Assembly (NCBI GenBank): GCA_051362555.1
Contig: CM120641.1
Location: 10,974,001-11,038,000, forward strand
Length of the DNA: 64,000 nt
Reading direction: 5' to 3'
Source: Lingula anatina
Taxonomy: Eukaryota; Animalia; Brachiopoda
In this document: one piece after another, positions 1 through 12,669 of the stretch
Position numbering within the stretch: the first letter of the stretch is position 1
How the letters are laid out: the number at the start of each line of letters is the position of its first letter
The notes under the pieces: generated by a model
Told to the model about the DNA's origin: nothing
The model's database searches: none
Seen by the model: the letters and a program-made list of their open reading frames with translations, nothing else
Translations under genes and position numbers: made by a program

Positions 1-265
1 TTACACAGAGGCACTATGTAAGTGATCCGTTAGAAAGTCACTTGGGTTTGCGGGCATGTTACACCAGTACTGGTAGATACATGTCGAATCCTGAATTATA
101 AAATGGATGTTTGCTGCTAAACTGATGGCAAAAAACACAGACAAGTTAATATCATAATCCAAATTTGCCGATAGAACAAAAACTCCTCAGCCCTTCAACA
201 ACTCAGGCTGACAGTCCGGCGTTAACTTTGAACACTGATTTGCTACTTTGCTTGGTAAAATAAAG

Positions 266-1002
266 TGACTCAAGGAGCCAGTGGTTTGAGAGACCATGTT
301 CTCTTTATTCTGTCTGTACTCACTCAAGTGTATAATTGATGACGTAAACTCTACACATAAGATATAACATGCATGTAAAGTCAAACTACTACATATCCTT
401 TCCCACCTTGAATTACTTTTAACCTGGAGTTGAAAAGTAAGTTAAAAATAATAATTACATATGCACAGTGTCCGACAGTCACTCACAAAAGTCACGTCTT
501 TCGTTAGGGTCCTTAACCTCGTGTGGTAAGTGTAAAGACGTTCTCCTAATGTCTGATCTGCATTCCTGAACTTGAAAATCTCGTAGGCAGTGTTCTTTTT
601 CGGCTCAAAATACTCAGTGAGTTTTTCTACAGCCACATCGTAATCATCATGTCCTCAAATGTTTCAAAGATATCATTCACACCAGGTCCGGCATAATGCA
701 ACAATAGTGTGTGGCACCTTTTACTGTTGTCTGCATTTATTGGCATTGCGGTGAGCAAATTTTCCAACTGCTTTTGCCACTTTTTCCAGCATGTCCCTGC
801 ATTTCTTGGGAAAATTTGGTAGAGCTCCTGCCATCTCCTTGATTTGCAGTTTTAGCACTTGTCGCTAGAAACACTCGAGGAGCCTGTGGTTTTAGAGCTA
901 GACCACGTGCTCTTTATTCCGTCTGTACTCACTCAAGTGTATAATTGATGACGTAAACTCTACAAATAAGATATAACACGCCTGTAAAGTCAAACTACTA
1001 CA
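266..1002 (-). mobile_element. Miniature, internally deleted LTR retrotransposon (Ty3/Gypsy-like gag remnant) in GCH1 intron 1
   Basis: Direct repeats of ~125-130 bp at ~268-393 and ~873-1002, each starting TGTAGTAG on the minus strand. PBS-like TAGCGACAAG follows the 5' LTR and a purine tract GGTGGGAAAGGATA precedes the 3' LTR. The interior carries a degenerate gag (WKKWQKQLENLL..LLLHYAG..KLTEYFEPKKNTAYEIFKFR..RLRTL). Confidence 0.8.
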
Positions 1003-2346
1003 TTACACTTGGTAAAACTAAATATTGTAGGTATGGCATCTTATTTGAATTTAGGCCTCTTATACACATTTTCTATACCCAGTTGTAACAATAGCTCAGA
1101 GAACTGCTTGTACACGTCCCTTTCAAAGTGATCAGAGCGAAGTCTTGATAGGAATTTGTTAGGGTGATGTTATTCCTTTTCAATTAACTGTCCACATCTT
1201 TCTCAAACTCTGTCCTTTGGAAATGTAAACATGAATGCCAGAGCTTTTGCTGCTTTTTTAGTGCATTCCAGAGCAACACACTGAGGCATAACGAAAATTG
1301 CCCAGTTCCATGTACTACAACCTTACCTATCTTCACTGTATTCAGTATGTAGCTCAGCTGATTCTCAAAGACCCTTACCTTGTATGATGTAACTGTACCA
1401 TGTGACACAGGTCTGTCATTTCATTTTTGCATATCGAGGAGGGGTTTTCTAAAACACTTTTTTTCTACTAATATATATTGTTTTTATAGTGTTTATAGTT
1501 TGGTAAATTGATTCAAACATATCTCTGGTGTACAGATCAAGTGCTGGATCTACACACTTTGAGAAATGGAGTTTTATGTGTCTCAAACCCTTTAAAGTCT
1601 CCATTAGCTTTGGGTATTAGGACTTTTAAAAAAACTTGATATTGCAAGCCCTTTAATTACTCAGTTCATTTGATATCTATCTTTCTCTAGATGACATAGC
1701 TAAAATTAAGTTTTGTTTGTGATTGTAATTATTACATATATGATTTTCATATGGATTAAACGTTTTAAATGTTCTAACACAACCATCTGTTAAAACAATT
1801 GGCCTTGACAAGTGCTTTGACTTTGCTAGACCCACTTTCAAACTTCATATTTTTATGAGGGGCCCATTGGATATTTTGGTTACCACTGAAAGCCACTGTT
1901 ACTTCTCAAGATACATGAAATGTTCATATTATTTAATGAGATCTGTGAGGAACCCCATTCCAGTGACTCCTGAATGAGTCTTTTTTCATCATTCATGGAA
2001 TGAAGTAATTATAATTTGGTGATTCTTGATTTCCAACTTGTATACCCTGCATTTTAAGTGAGGCATGAATAAACATTATCTTCTGTGATTTTTGAATTGA
2101 TGATTTTATTCCTGTAAACTCATACCCCCACCCCACATTGGACTGTCTTTTATTGTTTTGCTACAAACATTCATGCCTGCTTTTCAAAGCAGTTTGTAAC
2201 AAGTAGTAGAAACAAATCCGGTGTGTACCCTGACTTACGGACTGATAAGGAGTTTTGTCAACAAGAACATGTGTTAGCCTGCCTGACAGTAACATCCAAA
2301 CTTTTTAAATTATTATTATACATCAATTTTTTCATTTCTATGACAA

Positions 2347-2605
2347 CGTTCAGATTCAAACGTTGTGCCAGCTGGATTATACAACTCTGCAGGGGATTCC
2401 AAATTGTATTCAGTGTTATCAGCTTAATTGTCTGACACGCCTCCTGGAGGAGCTACAAAGGATAATTAACTTGGTTTGGTTTAATTACCCCCTAACTGCT
2501 TGAGGAGGCATTTCAAGAATTTAAGCCGATGCCAGTGATTGCACTTATGGAGAATCTTTTGCAGAGTTGGATCAATCCAGCTAGTACAAAGGGCTTATCT
2601 GAATG
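2347..2605. mobile_element. Palindromic MITE-like element
   Basis: Long imperfect inverted repeat (TTGTGCCAGCTGGATT...AATCCAGCTAGTACAA, CAACTCTGCA...TGCAGAGTTG). Shares motifs with the elements at 3253 and 18955. Confidence 0.6.
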
Positions 2606-2647
2606 CTCTCTAACACTGGTTTAAAAATTACTCTTTTAAATTTTCAG

Positions 2648-5600
2648 ATGTCCTAAATGATGCCATATTCGATGAAGATCATGATGAGATGGTGATAGTC
2701 AAAGACATTGAAATGTTTTCCATGTGTGAACATCATCTGGTGCCTTTTATTGGGAAGGTAGTAAAATGTCTAAATTCTTTTGGAAAAAAATTATTTTGAT
2801 TGAAAAATATTCTAAAAGCTGAAATTGTAAGGAAATTTGCCAAAAAAAAATGTTGCAAAAAAAATGTACATTAATGACCACAAAATCCACCACCTTTTAC
2901 CAATACGTAGTGAACAGTTTTATACAGTAAGCTGCAGAGTGCTCAGATATTCAAAGTAACAAAACTTAAAACATCCAGAGCCTTGAGCATTGTCAACTTT
3001 TACAAAGTGAATTTATCATTTTACCGAATACATCCAAAAAAAATTATTCTAATTTGTTATGCAGTTCTTGAAAATGTATTTTAAAAATGTTTTAATAAAC
3101 AATGTCTTTTTTACAATTACCATTTTTAGTATTATGAATGTACCATCCAACATTTGGTAAATATCATTATTATTATTGATCAGCAGTAAGTAGTGCCAGC
3201 AACATACATTGCCAGCAATGGCTTCAAACCATGTCCTTATTCAATAGTCTTAAGGCTCATTCCCATTGAAACTATCGGTCTTTGTAGATCAATCCAACTC
3301 TGAGGACTCTCACTGAATGCAATCGGTTAAACATATTTACACACCACTTCCTGGTGTAGAGAAGGATACAGCAAAGCTGGTGATTATATGAGTACATTGG
3401 AGACGAAGAAGCGTGTAAATCTTTTAAACTGATTGCATTTAGCAAGAATCCCCACAGAATTGGATCGATATGTGTAGACTGATAGTTTAAATGGGAATGA
3501 GCCCTTATGTACTTTGTGTGTTAATGTTTTCTTTACATTTTTTGGGGTTGATCAAAACAAGAATTTTACTACTGAAAAAAACTAATGTGCAATTTCAGAC
3601 TTTTGCATTACATTATACAACTGAAAAGTAATTTCTAAATATATTTTCCTAACTGGTAATTTTCATCTGTATTTCAGGTCTCTATAGGTTATTTGCCAAA
3701 CAAAAGAGTCCTTGGACTTAGTAAACTTGCGAGGTTTGTCATGTTTTATAACTTGGTCATACTAACCCCCCACCTCCTTTTTTTGTTTGTTTGTTGGTTG
3801 GTTGGTTGGTTGGTTGGTTTGGGGGGGGGGGAGGTGCTTATTGTGCAAATTTGGCAAATGAACAATTTTTATAAGCTAAAAACAGCAGGCAGGCTGTTTT
3901 ATTAACTGATTGCATTCTAATGTGACACATTTCAGAAACAGTTTGTTAGGTCTACCGGTGCCACTATAATTTCTACATTTTATAGGAATCCTACAAGATT
4001 CTTATATTTGAGTGAGGTTCTTATATTTTCATTTGTTGTTATAACTACATTTTTGTGACAAAAGTCAGGGATTGTGTTGTTCTGTACATCAGTGAGTCTA
4101 TATGTGAGGCGTTCTGAGTGTTTATAATTTCCACCATCTAGACCATTAGAGTGAGGAAGTTGGGATGTGCATGGGTCCTGTGGGATTTTAGTATACCTGG
4201 GGGGTGGGTTGCCCTTGGGAGTGGATGATTCTGTTTTTCACAGTGTGATTATTGCTGTCTCTTCCTAGAACATTGGAGTTTTCATAATTTTGGATATATT
4301 AAAAATTGTCAAATCATTTTCAAGGTATTGAGGGTCATCTGAGATAGCCTAAAACAAAGCAGAAGGCACTTCTTTACATTATGTAAGACTAGAAAACTTG
4401 TTTTGTAACCATCCAAAATGACTTTCACTTTAATTAATAATTGTATTCCAGTAAAACAATTTTCATCAACAAATTAACAAATGTATGGGCTCAAACATGA
4501 CTCTTTCTTCCACTTCACATGCACAGAGAAGCATAACAGAACTACCTCAGTTCTAAGGCTTCGTTCACATGCAATGTCTATTTTCTATTTTCGGTATGTC
4601 TTATGATCACGGTCTGTGCACTGAATATCCCGCGGCGTAATTACTGGCAGCGCGAGCCAGTTACTATAAGCAAGGAGTTATAACAGAAGGAGATTACACG
4701 CAAGCCTCTCTATTGTCCGATGTCTGTTACGGTGGGCGGAGCTAGCAACGGGGGGCCTCCTGTCTCAAGGTTTCGTCTGGGTCGCTCTCCTCCGCTTGGA
4801 GATTGATTTTATATGCGTTATTTCGCGTTAGAATTCGAGATCAGTAGTGTCAAAGCGGCGCTGTATGCTGACGATTTTTTTCACAGGTAGTTATTTGGAC
4901 GATGTGCTGGGAGGGAACGATATCATAGAAAGCGATTATAAGGTGGTGACTGAGGATGGTCGCCATGAGTTTTTTTGAGTCGGTGATAGATGGCTTTTCT
5001 TTTGCACAACACAGTGAAAAATCACCAAGGATAAGTCAAAAGAAAACGTCCCAATTGTGGTTTGTGAAAATGACATTCAAGTGAACGTCTGTCCTCACTG
5101 CCAAAGGGCATAATATTAATACATAAACGTTTGGACCCCCCTGCCCTTTGGTCCCATAAACATATACATTGAGACAGTGCCTAAGCTTTGTGACTGGTTT
5201 TTAATTTCTTTAAGTATTTTTTTCTCTCACTCGGTATAATTTTAATATCATAATGCATTAAAGTGAAATTTTAATCAAAGGTTGAGGCAATTCCACGACA
5301 TGTCAGTTTACTAAATACTCGTTATAAATTTCTTTATCTTGGAAATCTCCCTATTTATTTTCAGGATTATTTTGACACATACTAACACTTCTTATTTGTC
5401 GGTAAACAAGTGCACAGTGCTAAACATTAAGTATAATTTTTATTCATTCATAAATATATTTATATTCAAAATATATCAGAAATTTTAGTATTAACTTAGC
5501 TCTTTAAAGTGAAACAAATAAAGATGAGAATTTTGAATTTCAAACTATTTACTATATTAACTTAAAATATCTTTTAAGTCAACTCGATACTCAAGCATCA

Positions 5601-8600
5601 TGATAGTAGCATCTGTGAGTAAAACCATTTTATTATATCAATAGAAGAACAAAAACAAAATTTTACACATAAGCAGTAATTAATGAAGTCATAAGAATGA
5701 TTAAGTTGCTATAGTTTTCCAGTTTTATGCAGTCTGTGTTGGAATTTTTTTCAACCGTGCAAATAGAAATAATTATATTCTTTTTTATCTGACTTGCTGA
5801 TACCAGTCTGTGCCAGATACTATTCCACTCACAAGCCAGCAAGGTCTGAGAATCTAATGGGCTGAATGAAAAAAAAACTAGAAGATAAAGTGGCTAATTC
5901 TTACAAATAGGATAAAAAACATGGGATTTTCAAAAGGTTATTATAAATCAAGAGAACACTTAGTAATTACATTTATAAAATGAACTGGAGTACATGTTAC
6001 AGCTGAAAAAATTAACTGGGCCAGTAAGTGACTGCTTTAAAGAAATTTCACTGAAACAGTCCAAATTTTACTGGCAATCAAGTAGACTGTTATACCATGG
6101 CACTCAACAAATTATATATAGGTTTTGATTTTTTTCCACGTGACAGTAACATAAAATTTATGAAATGTATAGAGTCAGTTAGGTGACTGAAAATATTTTA
6201 AAATGTCATGAAGGAGCACTATTAATTTAATGCAATCTCTGTTGGCCAGTCTTATCCAGTTTCTTCTCCAAAAAGGACAAACCAAGTGAGAATTTCTTCA
6301 GGGCCTTTTCTTCTGCCTGCCAATGCCATGCCACTCAGAAAAGAGAGAAACCTGTAGGTTAGAAAAAAAACAACATAATAATAGCATTATGAACTACAAG
6401 TATCCATGTAGACATTATGGAATTACGCAGTGAAGTTTAATGTGTCTTGTTATGACTTGACTGAAATAATGTTCACCACATAAATGAACAATTTACAACT
6501 AAATTTATGTAGAATATCAAGATTCATGATTACAAGCTAATAACCCCAAGAAATTGAAAGAAATTGTACTTATTACAAGAAATTATTTAAATCCGCCCTG
6601 GTTCCTACTCTTCTGACAGGACAAAAAGGGGATTTCAGAGAGGCTGGTTGCTAAAAGGAAAATGCCCAAGGTTGTTGTATTTTGAAAAAAATTAAAAAGT
6701 GTACTGTTGTTAGTGAATGTTTAATGCATCTTAGGCATTATGACAAAAGTAACTTACCCCAGACACGCTGACCTCCTTTTTTCATTGACATTTTTAAATT
6801 TTTTCCAGCCTGACCATAATTCATATATTCAATGCAGCTTTCTCCCATATCTATAATAGAAGAAAAAAAACTTGAGTAGTGTTAAGATATGCATGTAAAA
6901 TTCATTATCAATTTTGAGAGAATTTCTGTTTCAACACTGCAAGATGAAATATTTACTTTCAAGTAATGAATAAATCTTAATAGAGTTCTATTCTTTTGTA
7001 ACCACCAAGGCAAAGCTACTTTCTTAAAATGAACTGAAACATCCAAGCTTGCCACCTAACATGCCAAAGTAGTGAAGTATAATTAAAGTAGAGAAGCAAG
7101 TACCCCTTAATTATAGAGGTGTCTTACACAATAAGGTGTGTCTTACACACCTTAACTCAAAGGGAGATGTGTAGTGAGATAACAGGTTAAGTAATTGGTG
7201 GAGCCTAGGTGAACTTAAGACTTTAAATTAAAAGCACCAGGATTCATGTGTGTTCTTTTTTCAAAGGTTTAATATGAAATAAAACATATATATGTAAAAA
7301 GAAGACTAAATAAGTTAAAAATAACTATGCCATGAAGTCAAACTTCCTGTTAGACCGCCATGATGGAAAATGCTGGGTGGAGGCAAAATTTTCCAGTCAA
7401 AAAAACTGAGCACTTTACTTTAACAACAAAGTTACCACTCCAAAGCCACCCACCATGGTGAGAAGAAAAATGATGACCAACTGTCATGATAAGTCTTTTT
7501 AAATTTAAACATGAAAAAGGTAAAGGCCAAAATGGTACATTTACCCATAACACTAGAGTAAAAAATTGGTATTCTGAACAAATCAGGTCATTTTTTTCAA
7601 GAAATATTGGAGCAGTATCCATGCAATATATACCACGCCACGACCAAGATGTTCAAGAATCTAAACACACCAAATTTTTTTATAATCTTGCATTTGAAAA
7701 GTACAAAAAGCGGTAAGGCTTTTGGCCGTAACAAGCGTAACACTTTTTGATCGGAACTCATGAAAATTGTCAATTGTCGTATCCAAGCTAGACCACATGT
7801 AAAATCGCAAAAAAAAAACAATACTGCTCAAGCAAATGTGTTGCACAGATAACAATTAGTTAAATTTTATGACTGTCATGTGACACAAGTTTTAAAAAGT
7901 AGGAGGAAAATGTCTTTTGGAGTAATTTTTTTTCGAAATATTAACAAGATGGCGGCTTAAGCATCTGCTTGTTATTCGGCTACTGAAAGTGCACCTAAGT
8001 TTTATTCTTTGCTATTGCCACAAATTACTTAACATTTGCAACTGTATAAAGACCAAACTTTCTTCATCTGATACTATATTTATAGGCACTTGTTATGAGT
8101 GGGAAATATTTTTCGTGCAATATTTATTCTCCACACACCACCTCGCGAGATCAACGTGTAGCTGGACACTTACACAGTGAGACCCTACGACATAAAAGTT
8201 GCAATTTATCTTCATATTTCGTGTAGTTATGCATTTAAAAGCACTTACCTGTTTTTTGAAAACCTTGTCCAACGTAATATCATATAAATTCTGTATTTCT
8301 CTCATTTTTTAGAAACTTGGGACTCCGTTTCTGTTTCTGTCCTCAAAAATCAACAGACGAAGGCACAGATACTAACAAACGAGATTTAAACGAGAGTAAT
8401 TAAGCGTAACAGAGATAGGCATCCATTGTTCTCTGGGTTCTATTCATTCCGACCAATGAGAGACCGTAATACGGGCTCCGCCCCCACGCGTGTAATCTCC
8501 TTCTGTTATAACTCCTTGCTATAAGTTACTATAAGTAACTGGCTCGCGCTGCCAGTAATTACGCGGCGGGATATTCAGTGCACAGACCGTGATCATAAGA

Positions 8601-10988
8601 CATACCGAAAATAGAAAATAGACATTGCATGTGAACGAAGCCTAAATCTACATCTTCAGGCCTCATAAACAATAATTGCCATTGCCGAGCAAGTTTGTGC
8701 TCGTTGACTTTACGTTGTGCTTGTGAATCTGAGGTGTGGCTCGTTAATATTGGCATTTGCGCTCGGGAATCTGAGGCTTGTGCTAGGAAACGCCTTATCC
8801 GTTTATGAGGCCTGATCTTGGCAGACTTTAAACACGTAATCTACAGGTAATCTGTGTGTGCCAGTGGCTGCTACTGATTTATATGCAATCTGGAAAAATT
8901 AAGAAGCTCTACACCCATGCTTGAGTGTTGGTTTAATTTGTCACGTTCCACCATTGCTTTCAGCATAGATCCATGGGTTGCACTTGATTTAAAACTGTGT
9001 CAAGATTGTTGACAGGGGGCCAGGTACATCAGGAGGTGATAAACAAGATTATTTATGCTTTTCCATCTTTAACTGGGGTAAATAAGTTAAATAGTAGAAG
9101 AAGAGTCATTATATATGATTGATAATTTGAATGATTTGGAATAAGATTGCTCTTTATTAAAATCACATATGAAGAAATTTCAAATTGAAATAACAGAGAA
9201 ATATGTAAAAAGCAAAATTAATTTTTGAAAAAAAAAACTTTTTTTTGGCTACTTAAATTCATAGCTTTTATCTTTTTAAAAATGACCCAAAAGTGTCACT
9301 TGTCTTTGTATAGGTGCAACAAAAAACATTGAAGTAAAAATAATGAAGTCTTATGCACTGTCCCTTTCAAGTAGAAAAAGTTTCCACTGAGGACCTGTTA
9401 AAAGAACATTTGCACTTAAAGACGTAGCAAAAAATATGGTCATGTAAGGTATATTTCTCATAGGCAAATTATGGTGCATCCACATCTGAGGTTACAAATA
9501 AGAAATACCATAATTAGAAAATTTTGCACTGAAATATTTGCCTGTGTTTCGTGTGCATTAAAATCCAGACCAAAAGGGGCTTGTCACATTCTTTTAAAAT
9601 TCAGAGCATGCAGGTCTTGAAACAGAGTCAGATGTTGATTATCTTACTCCATGCATCCATTTGTCAAGTACACAATGATTGCTAGAAAAAAAGAAAGGAA
9701 AATTCCTTTACTTCCACATAAACTCAAGAGGGACTTGTATATACTTCTTGGCTCTTATTGTGTCCAGAAAATGGATTTTTTTGAAAATATTTGTCAAAAA
9801 AAGATGAAATGAATAATATATTCAGAGAAGTGTCAGAAAATGTTTAAAAAGGATGTGAAAATAAAAAAAAAACTGCCATGTTACACTCATCATTCTTCAT
9901 TGTAATGGAAGTAATGTATATGGAAAGGGTCCCCCTTCTCACATCTTTCCATAGCTGATAGGTTGAGCCAAGTAGCACCCCTGCCTTGGGGTGCTCTCAT
10001 GCTTTTTTCATCTCTATACAAGTGTAATCCTGAATATAACAGCTCATACATACAACATATAGATTAGTTCAATTGCAATATTGATGTCACTTGAATAGAT
10101 CATGCCGACATGTATGTTCATTGCTTGATTAGTTCAACTGGGAAAATTGTTTGATTTACAGATACTGTATTTTTATAGCAATAAATTCTTAAAATGAGAA
10201 CACTACTGTAATGCAATCACTTCAATCAACACTTTAGTCAACATCTTTAGATGTGGATATTGGTATTTTTACTTTGATTCAAAAGTAATGCAAGCTGCTT
10301 AAATTTATTTTTATTGTTACAGTTCCTCCTTTTATGTGCTAAGATATGCTTTTTAAGTCATTGCAATTCATTTTCCTACTGGGGATTTCATCCGAGTCAT
10401 TAAAAACCTATTATTTTTCCATTTCAGAATAGTAGAAATTTTCAGTAGAAGATTACAAGGTAGGTTGAACTATGGAACTATTCACATTTCATTTTAGAAA
10501 AAGAATCACTGGTCAGAAAATATTTTATGGACCAAATGTTGAAGTTGGTTATGTCAGGGATCTGTTTTATGTTATTTCCCATTTTTCAGTTCAAGAAAGA
10601 TTGACAAAGCAAATTGCAGTTGCATTAACGGAAGCCATACAACCAGCTGGCGTAGGAGTGGTAATTGAAGCAACGTGAGTCCTACTTCTTTAATTGTTGT
10701 TTAATTATTAAAAGCAGAAACTTTTCACAATTATCCACGTTGTCCGTTTTGATAAAATCCCATTCCATCATCATGTTAAAGTGGGATGCCAGCAGTAATA
10801 TGTTCTTAATTAGTACTTAGAGGGTTAAAAATATGGTTACTTGATGTGATGATTTTTGTAGGCATATGTGCATGGTTATGCGTGGGGTACAGAAGCTCAA
10901 CAGTAAAACTATCACCAGTACTATGCTTGGAGTATTCAGAGAAGATCCCAAGACCAGAGAGGAGTTTTTAACCCTTACAAGAACATAG
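2648..10988 (+). CDS. GCH1: GTP cyclohydrolase I, exons 2-6 (exon 1 lies upstream of the window)
   Basis: GT-AG exons 2648-2757, 3678-3733, 10428-10459, 10590-10674, 10862-10988 splice in frame to [136 protein letters not shown]. The zinc-binding CEHH and HMCM motifs are intact. Confidence 0.98.
3253..3504. mobile_element. PIF/Harbinger (Tourist-like) MITE
   Basis: TIRs (A/G)GGCTCATTCCCATT.AAACTATC.GTCT with further imperfect internal symmetry. TTA flanks both sides. Confidence 0.8.
4557..8642. mobile_element. 4.1-kb TIR DNA transposon, PIF/Harbinger-type, in GCH1 intron 3
   Basis: Near-perfect TIRs of ~140 bp (GGCTTCGTTCACATGCAATGTCTATTTTC... / ...GAAAATAGACATTGCATGTGAACGAAGCC) flanked by a TAA target-site duplication (4554-4556, 8643-8645). 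No intact transposase is visible. Confidence 0.88.
7352..7958. mobile_element. Possible nested MITE inside the Harbinger-type element
   Basis: Short imperfect TIRs (GACCGCCATGATG / CAAGATGGCGGC) with TTA(G)/TTAA flanks. Confidence 0.35.
8657..8814. mobile_element. 158-bp MITE with 5-bp TSD
   Basis: Perfect 14-bp TIRs CAGGCCTCATAAAC / GTTTATGAGGCCTG. ATCTT is duplicated on both flanks. Confidence 0.8.
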
Positions 10989-12669
10989 AAATGGTATATT
11001 TTATTGTTTAGGTACAAGATTGCCAGTTAATGTTGTCAGAAATCTACTAGTACCCTTTCAAGTGTATTCTTTATACGGTATATAGTGAAACTTTACATCA
11101 AAACCCTATTAAGGAGATAAAAGTTATGAATAAACAGCCAAAGCATTCAACAAATGATTGGCTGTCTGGTTTTTAAGCAGCCATAGAAGAATAGGTTGCA
11201 GCATTTTCTTTCTGTGTTAATCATGTAAAGAATATTTACAAAAATGAAATCATTGTTATGATCTCTGTAAAATAGTTTATCGGTGTGCTACCATTATATA
11301 TAATATATATAATGGTGTATGATCACAAATCATTTGTGAGACATTAATCAAATGTCAAGAAAGTCCATATCTTTTCACTTGAAATATATGTAATTTCTCA
11401 CAAACTAAAAGAAAAAGATGTATAGAAGCTACAAAAGTCTAATGTGCAAAGGAGGCTCAAATCTGACTTTGGTTTTGTCCTTATTTTTTAGTGTAAAAAT
11501 CACTCTGCTGCATTCCATACCATTGCAGACCTATGCATTTATATTGTGGTATGTATTTACAAACTAGGTTGGAACATTTTCAGTGTGGCAACCATTTCAT
11601 AGTAAAACTGAAAACTCTTCTCTCTTTTTAATTCACTTTTCCACAGATAGTGATGCTCATGTGCCAACTATGATCGCATTCACAACGAGTTGTTAAATTG
11701 TTAAGAGGCTAAATTGTTTCTGAAAATACTACAGACCCAGTGATTGTTGCTTTTTGTCAAGGGGCCCAATACTGATGCTGGACTCCAGCTTCCTATTATA
11801 TATATGTTAATTATATAGGAATTACTTAACATCAAAAAAGTCAGATTGTGCTTTGCTATGTGCAGAACCTGAATATCTCTTTAAGACTTGGACAATTAAT
11901 TCCAGACATTGTTGTTCCAATCTTTAAAAAATCATTAATCACACAACTGTAACTGGCAATCACTGTTCTGTATATTTAGCAGTTTATCAGAAAACAATAC
12001 TTTTTTCTTACTTGTAGATAGAAAAATTAGCAGAAGTTCCTTGAAGGCTTTATATAGTAATTAACAAAACAATGAGGTACTACTTTTCATTGGAATTCCC
12101 ATAGTATTTTGATTAGATTTCCTATATATATTGTTGTATTGTCTTCCTCCCTCTTACCTACCACATTCATTTAGTATATTTTGAACATGTTTCATATTTA
12201 TAAGTTTGAACTTCCCCATCTCTGGTAAAACCTGGGTAAAGTTTGTCATGATATTTATTTAACACAGTGGCAAAGATTATGTCAAGTCGTCATTAATAAG
12301 ACTGACACTGGTAAGCTGCAGTAATGCCACGATCCATTCTTAAGTTTATTTTCAAGTGCACATAACTATATTACATTGACTCTTTCTGCATGTCATTTCC
12401 ATTGTTATAGATGTTTAAAGGTATTGGCAAAATGTCAGATTCTGCATTAACACTAAAACAAAAAAGATAAGCAAGTATTATGACATAGTGGCCTGTAGTC
12501 GAGCATAACTATACTTGCCAAAAAAAGAAAGGCATGTTATGTCTATGGTTATCATAAACTTTTTCATACAATAGTGTCGCCTTAAGATAAGTTTCTTCAA
12601 CCATTGATATACAAATTAAATTTCACATATAACGTACAGAAATTGGATTACTATTTGTTGTACGTGAAT

